NCBI GenBank assembly: GCA_003344405.1 | Contig: NOWV01000010.1 | Location: forward strand, 868,001-932,000 | Direction of reading: 5' to 3' | DNA length: 64,000 nt | Source: Trichoplax sp. H2 | Lineage: Eukaryota | Shown: piece after piece, positions 14,600 through 27,500 of the stretch | How the letters are laid out: every line of letters starts with the position of its first letter | How positions within the stretch are numbered: position 1 is the stretch's first letter | Translations under genes and position numbers: made by a program | The notes under the pieces: model-generated | What the model was told of the DNA's origin: nothing | The model's input: the letters and a program-made list of their open reading frames with translations, nothing else | Database searches by the model: none

Positions 14600-17100
14600 G
14601 CTGAATACCTGATGACTAATAGAATTGGGATTGGGCCTCCTAACGATAAATCAAGATAGTAAATAATGATTATTTATCAAAAAATATTAATATTACTAAT
14701 TATTACCGGTAGTCGATGACTAATGGAATTGAACAATAATCCTTGAGAGTAAATCAAAGTTGTAAACAGTGATTATTTATTTCCAAAGATGCTGCAATAT
14801 TACTAGTTATTACTAGCGGTCGATGACTAATGGAATTAAATAATAATCCTTGAGAGAAAATCAAAGTTGTAAACAGTAATCATTTTTTAAGGTGTCGTAA
14901 ACTAACTCTTTACTGGATAACTAATAATATCGAGTATTTCAGATATATCTTCTAAGGATGACTAAGTTAGTAAACAGTGATGCTTTCCCAAAATAGCATT
15001 ATCTCTTATTGATCTGATGACTAAGAAATCAAAGATTTTTCATAGAGTGAAGTAAGGTAGTAAACCCATTCATAGACGCTGCTACCGTTTATTCCTTTGA
15101 GAAATGCAATAAAAATTCGATATATTGACGAAAGAATCATTGAAGGCAAATAAATAATAGTTATTTTTTCTTCAAGATATTATTATTCATGACTTATTTA
15201 CTGAGTAATTACAAGGAAAATCAAACACATCTCTCAAAGTAAAATAACGTAGTTAACCCCTTCACAAATGCTGCTATCGGTTATTCAGTTGATAAATATA
15301 ATTAAAATATGATGTATTGGTGAAGAATCATTGAAGACAATAAATAATACTTATTTTTTTCATAAGACGGTATCATTTATGAATTATCTGATGACTGATA
15401 AATATATCATGAATTTGAATGTATTCTCTACGAAAATGAAGCAGTGTCTATGAAATCATTTTCAGAGACTGCAATATTATTAGTCATTTATCTGATGACT
15501 AGCGAAATTTCAATCTATCCTTCAATTAATAATACCGTATATGTTAAGTACCGTAGCAACCAATGCAATAGTATAAACACTTTAAAAGATAGTAGAATTA
15601 ATAATCACGTTTCTGAGAACTAGTCGAATTTCAATTTAATTAATTAACAATATCGTACATGTCAAGTAAGGACCAAAGTAATGATATGAACATTTTAAAA
15701 GATAGTAGCATTAATCATGTTCGTGAGAACTAGTAAAATTTCAATCTATCCCTTAATTAATAGTATGGTACATGTTAATTAGTAATGGCATAAATATCTT
15801 AAAAGACAGTAGAGTTAATAGTCATATTTGTGAGCACTAGCGAAATTTCAATCCATTCCTTAATTAATAACACGATATATACTAAGTAGAAATCAAAGCA
15901 ATGGCACAAATATTTTAAAAGACAGTAGAATTTATAGCCATGTTTATGAGGACTAGTGAAATTTCAATCTATCCCTGAATTAATAACACGGTACATGTTA
16001 AGCAGAAATTAAAGTAATGGTATAAACCATAGCGGAAAAGAAAAATCTTTCTGTATATCTATATTTAAAAACACTTTAAAAGACAGTAGAATTAATAGTC
16101 ATGTTTGTGAGCACTTGAAGAATTTTCAATCTATTCCTTAATTAATAATACGGTGCGTATCAAGTAGGAATCAAAGTAATGGTATAAACATTTTTAAAAG
16201 ATAGTAGAATTAATAACTATTCATCTGATGACTAATGAAATTGAATTTATCTCTTAAAAGAGAATCAAGGCGATAATATGGCTACTTTCGAGGATGGTAG
16301 TGTCGTTCGTCGTTCATTTGGAGCGATATTCGACTAGGTTAAAAACTAATTAAAATGAAACTAGAACGTATTCTTTCAGAAAGAATCAAGTAAGCCATGT
16401 AGAGATTTTAGAAGATAATTGACAATCATTTGTTAGAGCGATATTCGACTAATTTAATGAAAATGAGATTAAAATCTATCCCGTTAGAATTAATTGAGGT
16501 AAAGCTATAATCAATTTTGAAGATAATGGTATTATTAATCGTTTATCTCAGCGGTATTTGACCAGATTAAGAGCTAAGAAAATGAAAAATCTGCCCCTTA
16601 AAAGAATCAAGTGGAATAACTATTTTAGAGGATACCAATATTATTAATCGTTTATCCGGACGATATTGGATTAGATTAATAGTTAATACAGTTAAATCTA
16701 TCTTTTGAGATAGAATCAAGTAAGTAAAGTGATTATTATAGACGATAAAAGTATCCTTAATAGTTTATTAGAGCAGTATTCATTCATTTTAATGACGACA
16801 GAACTCCTCAAGAAAGGCTCAAACTAAGGAGATGGTCATTTTTGAAGAAAGTAGTGTTATGGAGCGTTTCAACGAGCAATATTCTACTACTTTAATGACC
16901 TGTAATATTAAATTTATCCCTCAAGAAGGAATCAACACGGCGATATCAAGAATTTTTAAAGATTATGGCTTAGCTATACCTGATGATTCATGAAATCTTT
17001 AAGAAGAAATCAAGGTAAGGATACATTACTATTGTAAAAAAATCTAGGCCTAATTATTTACTCAAGGCGAGAGAAATTATCTCTTGTAATTAAAAATCAA
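14600..17100. repeat. Degenerate tandem array of ~100-120 bp units; best-conserved core 15480-16260
   Basis: Core anchor CTAG..AA(A)TTTCAAT..A(T)CC.TAATTAATA...TTAAAAGA(T/C)AGTAG recurs at about 15499, 15620, 15730, 15837, 15953 and 16113. Flanking units share GATGACTA..GAAT and AATCAA(A)G. No ORF of 60 aa or more. Confidence 0.8.
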
Positions 17101-19099
17101 AGAATCCAAATAAAGATTACTTTCAAAAGTATTTTTATTCGTTATTTTGAATTGAAACTAAATATATTCAACAATGAGCGTTTTCAAAGACTGTTGGAGT
17201 ATCCATTAGCTCCTTCCTGCGGATGGAATCTTCTTGTAGTTAGAACGTACGGTAATTGAGTGATATCCTCTTTTAATAACGACTACACTTATGCGTGTCT
17301 GTAGAATAAAATTGTAAATAAAGACTGAATTTCCAGTTTAAGAGCGAAAATTGTCATATTTATTTGAGAATAAACAAGTTTTCAATTGTTTATAACTACT
17401 ACTACAACTACAAAATAAAAAGAAACTACGCAATGAATTCTAATCATGATCATATTGACATTTCCTGTCATGGGCATTGACCCTCAACATTAAAAATGCC
17501 ATTTGTAGAGAGTTTTCTCTTTGACTTGAGAGTATTTCTCCGAATTTAGCAGAGCTAGAAATGATCTCCTAAGGAAAAATACCCTATTCAGCATCAACTT
17601 TATTCATTGCGAATAACGGATTTAGTACATAATTTGTATAGTAACTGTTAACAGATAAGAAAAGATCAAGTTTGGAGTATTGTTATAAATTTTACTGGAA
17701 ATGAAAGATAGAAGAATGCTAAATTTCAGAGAAATAGCTGAAACAATCTTTATAAGATATTTTTATTGTCAAGAGCAGAATACTATTTCAAATAAAGTGA
17801 CAGTAATAAGTGTTGTATTATTATCACCAATAGTACAATAGAGATTATGTCAAGATGACAAAGTATACATTCTTGATCCATTTTCTGGATATTCCCCTTG
17901 TATCCTTTACTTTTATGATAATTCTATTGATCATGAATCCTTGTGGTAATGTAAACTACCGGTCAATCTGTCAAATTTCTGATGAGATCCCCTCCCTAAA
18001 AAAATTACATAAACACAACTATTAAATTGCAATTTAGTCATCATTTACAACAAGTACAATGGATGAAATAATGGACAGGATTGTAATATGGAATTGTGAA
18101 AAAATTGGGAGATAAAAAAATACATTTTAGGAATTTTACTACTATCAATTAGCATCAATTCGTGTTTAGCTCTCCTTCTGACCATTGTAAATTTGCTAAC
18201 TATTTCAAGATCGAGCTATTCTACTGTGGCTTATGACTCTTTTACTGTCATTCTTTAGGAATTGACTTTTAATGCTGATTCTTCGATACCTATACTAAGG
18301 CTACTTTCCTGTTCAAAGGAATGTTCTATTTGGGCTAGAATAAGCCGACATGATTTATTGGATTTTCATTGAAATAGCAAATACTTCTATGCTCTCATTC
18401 TCATGATCTCGTATATTACTATTCAAGCCCATTACCTCGCGATAAAGGTTCAATTTATCTGAAAATATGGTTATTGCTATCGAAAAGGATACTCATTGCC
18501 ACTAAACGGCTGGCAATTTATGATAGCAATTTCGACCCAGAGTATCTCTTATCCTTTTCTTCCTATTATTCAAGGCAGTACTATAGTTATAGTGCTCAAA
18601 CTAATAGTATCATTGAGTCTAAAAGGGGCCACAATGCTGATATAGAAGGTTGCTTTATATTCTACTTTCTATCTTGTCATCCAAGCTATTTAATACTATC
18701 TGTCATCTCCTTACAGATCTAAATTGTTTCAATCCCGGATGTCTATGCCAAGACATTTTGAGTTCATTAATAACTGCAAAGCTTGCTTTTAGTTGGCATT
18801 TTAGTTTTGTTTAGCTAAAAATTCGAGTGTATGTGACATATATATTATTTCGCCATCGAATTGCTTGAATACTTTCTAGACAGCAATTACAGTCTTGAAC
18901 AACGGATAACAAGGGCAGACTTGATTCAGGAGAAAAATAAATATTGTTTTTCTGTTTAAATTGAATTTTCTTTCCAACTCTTCTTTTTATAATAGTCGTG
19001 TAACATTCATTGTAGATAAAGTAATTTTTGTATGCTTGGTTAGCAATTGTAGGTTATCCACTGTTTTTCCATATCACCTATTCATCATTTGGCACTATT

Positions 19100-20550
19100 A
19101 ATTAATAAAATTAGTTCTCATTGACTTGAATCCTCTTTCCAATTTTTAAAAATCGACCTTAAATCCTACTCATAATTACTATGGAATGAATATAGGTTTC
19201 TATTGAATGGAGTTCTTATTTACTTCGATTTTTTTTCCACTTTTAAATCAGCATTATCCATGCTGGTCCTAATCAATAAGGAAGTAATATTGATTTTAAT
19301 AGATTAAGCATTTTATTTACTTTTACTTTATCCTCTTTCCACTTTTAAAATCGATACTGATCATAATCATCAAGAAATGATAACTAAATCCTAACCCTGG
19401 TACTGATTTTAAATGAATCTAGGTCTTATTTACTTTCTGCTCTCTTTCCAACTTTAAAAAAATCCACGTCATACATACACTGATCATAGTCCATTAAGGA
19501 TAGAATACTATTTTAATGAACTTAATTCTTATTTACTTTTACTTTCTTTCCATCTTTTAAAAATCGACGCCATACATGCAATGATCATAGACCTTCAAGG
19601 AATAATACCGATTTTAGTGACTATCATTTTTACCAACTTTTACCCTCATTACAAACTGTGATTATTATTGAAATTATTCCTTACTGATTTTATCATCATT
19701 CCGACTAATATAATTTAATAGTCAACGTTATACATACTGATTATAATCAGTAAGGAAACCTGCAATGGTAATTTCTTTCTCATTGACTTCTTTCCAACTT
19801 TTAAAAATCGATGTCATAAATACCAATCATTACAACGAAATAACAAAGGCTTTAATGAATTCAGTTCTTATTGACTTTTATCTTCTTTTCAACTTAAAAA
19901 AATCGAACTTAAAAACACTAATTAACCACTAATCAAAATTAATAAGAAAATACAAGAACTTTAATGAATTAAGCTCTCATTGACTTCTACCTTCTTTCCA
20001 ACCTTTAAAAAATCGACATTAAAACACTACCGGTAATTAACCACTAATCGAAATCAATAAGGAAATGACGAGAACTGTAATGGATTCAGTTCTTATTGAC
20101 TTCTACCTCCTTTCCAACATTAAAAACATCAGTTAACCATTAATCCTAATCAATAAGAAAATGACAAGAAGTGTACTGAATTCAGTTCTTATAAAGTTTT
20201 ACGTTTTTCCAACTCGTAAAAAATTAAGGTAAAAATATTCTAATTATAGTCAATAAGGAAATAAGACCAACTTAAAAGAATTCAATTCTTATTGACTGCT
20301 ACCTTTTTCCAACTTTTAAAAATCGACATTAACAATACTGATCATAGCCAATAAGTAAATAAGATCGACCATAGCGAATTCAGTTATCATTAACTTCTAC
20401 TTACTTTCCTACTTTACAAATTAATGTTAAAAACACCAATTACAATCAATAAGGACGTAATACTAACTTTAATGAATTCACTTCTGTTTGACTTTTACCG
20501 TCTTTCCAACGGTTAAAATCAACGTTATGCCATATTGATTATAGTCAATA
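19100..20550. repeat. Degenerate tandem array of ~99-bp units (about 13-14 copies) with an internal inverted repeat
   Basis: TTCCAAC(T)TTTAAAAATCGA anchor at about 19137, 19236, 19336, 19446, 19547, 19792, 19888, 19996, 20112, 20207, 20307, 20406 and 20504; many units carry TCAATAAG...CTTATTGA. Confidence 0.85.
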
Positions 20551-23500
20551 TAGAATGAACGCGGATTTCCTGGCACTTTCTTTTCTACGTGTATGTAATC
20601 CATTGACAATATATGCTAGATACTAAGAATTTAGTTAAATCAAAGAGCAATATAGGTTGATTTCTAACTCAGTATCATTCCATTCTTATAAGGAAACCAG
20701 AAAAATTTTTATGAACATTTTATGACTTAATGAAAGTAGCTTTACTTTATTGGAAAAAATCATGAAACTCTTTAAGATTCCTAGAGGGCAGAAGCAGATA
20801 TCCCTCGAATTGAATGAGGGCACTCGCCTATACAATATTGTTAAGATATCTATAAATGAATAAATAGCTTAGATTAATGAAAATGAAACATATATAATGC
20901 GATATTTGCCTGTGTTATTTCTCCGGCCATAGAAATGATAATAATTGTCAATCGTTACTAGTTACTTGACAATCTTACTTTAAATTATGGGTAAAAGTTG
21001 TAAGAAAGGCAGATTTAATTAATCCTGATGTAGCCATTTTTTCTTGTTATTTACACCATGATTGAATATAACATCTGTCGTTAAATGGACTGTTTATTCA
21101 AATAGTTGAATAAGGGCTTACTACTATGGAAGACTGATAATTTAGTAACAGATAGTAAAATGTTATATATAGACTGTATTCTATTGTAAAATTATAAATT
21201 ACTTTATCTTGTGAGATTGGATAATTGAATTTTTAATGGCTCAAGTAGACGGCTCAAGTAGACGAATACTTAATTGAAGTGGTTACAGCTACTTTGGAAA
21301 CTTTCTATACAGATTATATTTAACTCTAAAAATGATGAAACATCCCATACTTTATAACATTAACTGTATATAATATCAATGTCTTATACGAATTATCTGG
21401 ATACCTGGCAAAGTTAATCATTATCTCTATTCATGTTGTCTTCTTTATAATAATAATATTTAATCATCGACGTGTAATATACGCCAATTTTCTATGTAAC
21501 TTAGTCCTTTGAAATGGCTTACCACCTTCAGTGCTATATCTTTTTCTATTAAAATGCAGAGATTTCTACTGCAGGATTCATAACTAGAAAATATTCTTGA
21601 CACGGTTCATAGACATACTTTGTTTCATTTTATATTGTAATCTAAAGAAAAGAAAAATCAATCCTATACTATATTCGATATTTTGTACAGCATTAGACTA
21701 TTAGTATAAAAGAAAATCAATCTCATATTGTATTTGTTATTTTGTATATCGATAGACTATTAGATTGCAATTTTAAAATTTCAGTTACTTCTAAACAGGA
21801 CTAAAGATAAAAATGGGGTCATAAAACGTAATTGGACTAATTTATTCCATTTTCTCTTCCTCTATCTTAGAATTTTAAAAAATGTTGAAAAACAACTTAT
21901 AATAGAGGATATTATACTATAATGCTACTTTAGCCAACTTAATTTGTTAACTAACTCGCTAGTTCTATCTTGTTCTATAATGCCTAAACCGATAGAATAT
22001 TGAAGTAGAAAAATCTATAAATACCGTGATTACGAAATAGTCTACTGCATAGACAAACTGATTGATAGTGAAAAAATACTATAACTATTGTGGAGAATTT
22101 ACTGTATTTAGAGTATATTAATGAAAGACAACAATAAAGAGTATCAATATTAATAATAAATTATTTATCATATTTTGACTACTTTGGTATAGAACTCTTC
22201 CTAGTCTTTAAATTTATTAACATAAACAATTTAAAAATGAAGTTAGGGAAGGAAAAAATCTCTTAAATTATTTTAAAAAATCATTTAACGTCGTAGCCTA
22301 TCATCTGTAAGCAAGAGATATTTTAGATTCAGTTTTAGTGCCACTCTATTTCTCTAATTGAGAAGGATATCAATAAGATCATCATTTGTTATTGTGTAAA
22401 CAATTTATCTTCCTGCTTAAGTTTCCATTTACAAAAAGAAAATAAAAAACAACTTTTCCCTGTTAACTTTGTTCAAATTTCTGTCTTACTGTAAACTATA
22501 ATAATATGGTGAGGATTTCATTTTCAATCGTGATTGACATCCGTTAAAAAGCAAAAGTTGATGTTCATGTTTCTATATGATATTTTCTTCATGAATAATC
22601 CCATTTTTTAGCATAGTATATGACAATAGCTTCTGGAAGAGGTTGCACCTGTTATTCTCTTTCTATAGTTTAATTGAGATAATAATGTGACCAGATTAAA
22701 TCAAGCCTAACCATTGAATAATTTTAATAATACACTTCTTGACGTTTTGTTTATTTGCTACATCAGATCAATATTGATTTAAATTATCAGCGACGAATCT
22801 AAATTGGCTATTTTATTCCACCTGAGAAATTAACAATTTATAAATAAAAATTCAATCGTTTCCCATTTTTGATTGAATTAGTTAGACAATTTTATCGACA
22901 TTGAATTGTGCTTACAATATCTTTCAATTCTTATTGCGTAGACTATATAATGATAAAGTTGTCAAGGTAATCATCAGTTTAGACAGATTCAATTCAGTTG
23001 TCAAGTTATTCTTGGAAGATTGATGATAATAACATCATCAAATTTATCCATTTAGATACGATATTCAAAGTTAAGATTTGATTTCAACCATTCCATTGGC
23101 TACTATACCTTCATTAATTTATAAATAGGGCACCATTGCATTTATTTCTTTCAAATTTTTTCATCATAAAGATTGATACCTTGGTAGAAGAAAACTTCAT
23201 AAAAATTGTTAATGTAAACAAATTAATATTTACACCTTTGTTGGAGGAAAGAAGCTAATATTGGTTAAAAGTCTCCTTTACTACTTGTAGGTAAATACTG
23301 TACACGGTATACCTCTAACAATTTTATTTTAGTAGAATTCTATTACGAGTAATTCAGTTATTGCCTCAAAAAAACACCAGCGTAGAGAGAACGAAAATTC
23401 CTCCTAATAAAAATTTATTTACTACTGAATTCATCTATTAAGAAGAAAAGAATCACATTTTCCTAATCAGTTATAGCCCGTCGATATTTTACTTTACAAA

Positions 23501-23680
23501 TCAGCTTCTGCGACTACAATCTATTCTAACTCTATACTATAGCTGGATAATTGGCGCTATATTGAACGAAGAATTAAACTTAGATTGCAAGTATATTCGA
23601 GTGAAATAAAGAAACGCCTTACATCTTGAATTATATTATAGATAAAATTATAAGTTGGGTAAGATCAGTTACAGTTAGCT

Positions 23681-24028
23681 ATGACTTTGCCAAGCTTAAT
23701 TGATACACAACGCAATTATCATGGGTTAAATAGTCGACCGACAGGCAAAATCTATGACGGTATAAAAAAAAATCATAAACGACAGCAACGATACGAGGAG
23801 ATTTCTGTCAACGAAATTTCGCAATCAACTACCACCAAGTTGCCACCATTACAAGATCGGGTTTTAAAAGAATCAGAAAAAACCCTTAGTCTACCAGACA
23901 TTAATTTTAAAGTTAAAAATGAAACATTTCATATCAGTACTGCTGCTTATGTCTGGCTAATGAGGAAAGGTACACAAACATACGATCGAGCAAGTTCCAA
24001 TAACAAGGGCAGGCATCTATCAAGTTAG
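23681..24028 (+). CDS. Hypothetical small basic protein; may splice 23969/24029 to a last exon ending at 24087
   Basis: 115-codon ATG-started ORF in very AT-rich DNA with natural-looking composition and LPSL, LPPL and LPDI motifs; no family recognised. Confidence 0.45.
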   Translation: MTLPSLIDTQRNYHGLNSRPTGKIYDGIKKNHKRQQRYEEISVNEISQSTTTKLPPLQDRVLKESEKTLSLPDINFKVKNETFHISTAAYVWLMRKGTQTYDRASSNNKGRHLSS

Positions 24029-24571
24029 CATGCAATCGAATAAATGATGTCAAGTGTAGAATGGAAAGATTTCAGATGGCTTTGTAAGACCTACCGCTGT
24101 CAAGATATTGGAACTCAATACATAATATATCCCAATAATATTCAAGATGGATAAGGAAGTAAAAGTGATATTTATTATAATTAAAAGTGCCAACTACTGT
24201 ACATCGATATTTAGAATTGTCTCATACGTACGTAAAAACCGAAATTTTTTTATACAGTATTATATATTAACAAGTACAGTATATTGCGGCGAAAGCTTTA
24301 ACATGGCTTCATACAGCGCACTAAAATGACAATATTAAATGTACAGTCTATTTTAGTAGCACATAGCTGATCCTAGATTATATGCTATTCCACTTTAATA
24401 TTTTATCGACATTAATACATTAATTAATACTTAACTTAAATTGCAACATTTTGTTAATAATTATGTTTTTGGTATAACTATATCTAATGTGACTATCCTA
24501 CAAGTTAGAATAATAAAATCACATGTAAATTAGAACAAAGTATTCAGATTTAGGAGCACTTAATAGTCTAA

Positions 24572-27500
24572 TTATTCAGTAATTTCAACCAATGAATTAG
24601 ATAGGAATTCATCGATTTCATCATCAAGGGAATCGGCAGTTTTCGATAATATATCTTCATCTTTCGTAACTGTTCAAAGATGATTTATTGTAATATTACA
24701 TACCATAAACGATCAATATTAAAACAGTTAATTTTTTAATTGTTATAGCATTCCATCGAATTTAATAAAATAAAGAATAGTATTTTATATTATCAACCTG
24801 ATTTGGTTTCAGTTTCCGACGTGTTTGTAGTCGTATTTATGCGCCTAGCTGCAAAGCGGGTGTTTGGCCGATTTGCTCCTTGTACACGTTGACTTTCTTC
24901 AAAATATTCATTAGGATGATTTATAGAAAATCCAGCGTCCGAAACCTAAGACAATATTAGAATAGTTACATAAATATGGCAATTAGTTGAAAGAAATAAT
25001 CAATGTTGTTGAAAATAATAAAGAGACTACTTCGTATTTACATCGTTATACAACACTTACATTATGGACTAATTCGTAGTATCGAACACAGGCTAATTGG
25101 TAATGAGAACCTTTAGCTAATTCGGTTATCTAAAATAAGGCGATAAACGTTGTAAATTAACTTCAACATAAATCTAACTATACTAATACTTGCTTAATAT
25201 AATTATCAATAGTATTCTAACCTCTTTCGCACCCTCACTAGATAAACCATTCGACAGTAAACGTTGTCTTAATAAATCCGGATCGGTATGCCTAAAGGGG
25301 CAACCTAAACATTACAGATAATAGTGGTAGTTGAAAAATAGATGACGCCAGAATTTCATGGGAGATGTCATACACCTTCGGTTTATTACAGTTCATTTAT
25401 AACGGTTACGCTATACGTAATGTAGTCCTACAATATAATTTAAATTTCTACTACTAGATACATGCTTCTAGGGAGGGAATATCAAGATACGCGAAGCAAA
25501 TAGCATAAGAACAAGAAGTAGTATTCAGGCATAGCGTATCAAGAAATCAAGGTTTTCAGCTTACCATGATAATCGCGAGGTCCAGGAGGATTGGACATAA
25601 TTATCTTCATACAGCTAGGTTATAACGAGATTTATATTGATTTTTATTCAAATGGATATAAGAAGTGTAGTCGATTACCAATTTACCATAAGGCGATAAA
25701 ATTTGAAAGGATCAATATTTTAATATTAATGTAGTTGTTACATTGCGTATTTACCTGTATGGGGTATAGTTTGTACGTTTTCCTTCTTTACCATAATTGT
25801 GTCGTATATTATATGCATATTGTTTGTCAAACTGTAATATTACAGCACGTGTTAATGAAAATAATTCCATTTTGTACCAGTAATGTGAATATAATATTAA
25901 ATTTATTTATAGTGTCATAAAGAATTAGCAAACCTTGTCAGCATCTATATTTGGGCCTTTTGTAAACTCCTCTCGCCAAAATCGTAATGCTTCTTCCAGT
26001 GATAAACCGATACCCTACATAATTGTAAATATTCCAAAATATATTATATTCATTTCTAGAGTACATAAATATTCAGAATATACCTACTTTTAAAAATAGG
26101 CCATACTGCATCCTGCCACCATGAGTTAAATGGTGATTTTCTCGGAGTGATTCATGTAGTTGTTTCATGCATAAAGGAAAAGACTTTGCAGATAGCTGTT
26201 TAAAAATAGAGCACAAAGTGGCCAACAGATGAAAATCATGAGTAAACAAAAAATGTTTTTAAATAGTTAAAGGAATGTAATCCGACTTCCTAAGTCGAAT
26301 TATTAGCTCCGTAAACTTACTCCGTCAATATCTCCAGCCACTACTTGTCCACTTAGAGAAGGTTGTGCACTATAATCTTTACCTATATATTGACGACTAT
26401 TGAGTCGATAGAAAGATGGTTAATCTTTTACGAAATAGTTACTCGTGGTTAAAGTTTTAAAATCTACTATTTAGTTTAAATCAACAGGAAGGAATTTGAA
26501 AGATAAAGATTTACCTCAAATTGCTTAACTTTGGTAGTATTCTATCATCTTCTTCAAGGAATGGCAGAGCTTTAGAGGCCATCTAAGGGCGAAAGGTGTA
26601 ATTTAATATAACAAAGTTAAGTTACTTTATAAACTGTAATCCTTATTAATACTTACTGCTAAGGCGTGGGACAAATTAGCACGAAAAACGCTAATAACAA
26701 TTGTGACTAGGTCATCTCGAGGAACGTATGCTTGCCCCTGTAAAGATTTAATTTTGTATAAGCGGGCATTCACATACGTTATTTAGGATATGCTGTACAA
26801 GAGCAGAGAACAGTAAATGGATACCCACATTCTTTAAATAAATTTTTCTTAGCTTCACGAGGTCTAAAGCTTCGGTAAAAGGCACCTGATATAGTGCAAT
26901 AGTAAGTTATTTAAGAGCAAATTAAGGTTTAAAAAACTTTAGATTGTTACAGATCACAAACTGTGACTGTAAACAAAATTAATATAAAGTTGTAATTTAA
27001 AAAATCGATTCTAAAATTTTATTTTATCTAGTGTTAACATGACGAGACTGTAGGAATCTTAAATAATCCATATGTTTTGTCTCATATCATATATTGCGTA
27101 TCTACCTTATAATAATCTTTGCTTTCTACAGCTGCTCCATTCTGCATTGGATTACTGTGGATTAATTCTGTCCTAATGGACATTTTTTCATTTTCTGGAA
27201 TCTGCAATAAGGCCGGTTAAGTCTTGTGAACATGATACATTTGTGCAATTAGCAATTGCTACAACTAATTAGGTATAACGATATTTAGATAAATCTGTTA
27301 ATTTAGAATCAATGTACCAGATAAACAGACTTTACGGTGAAATAAATAAGCTACTGTAGCGAACGATCAATAGGTGGCATGGCATCACACTATAACTACG
27401 CGTAATATAGTGTAGTATTTTAAAGGTGAGAACAATATACTTAAATCATTAATAATTAAAATAGTGTATAAAATTTGAATTATTAATATTTGCTGCTAAA

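Noticed and set aside
14600-16300. Repeated TGATGA/CTGA as a C/D snoRNA cluster
   Set aside because: The boxes overlap as CTGATGA, degenerate in most units and lack terminal stems or recognisable guide sequences.
21238-21263. 13-bp direct duplication GGCTCAAGTAGAC x2 as a transposon footprint
   Set aside because: An isolated short duplication with no associated element; simple slippage explains it equally well.
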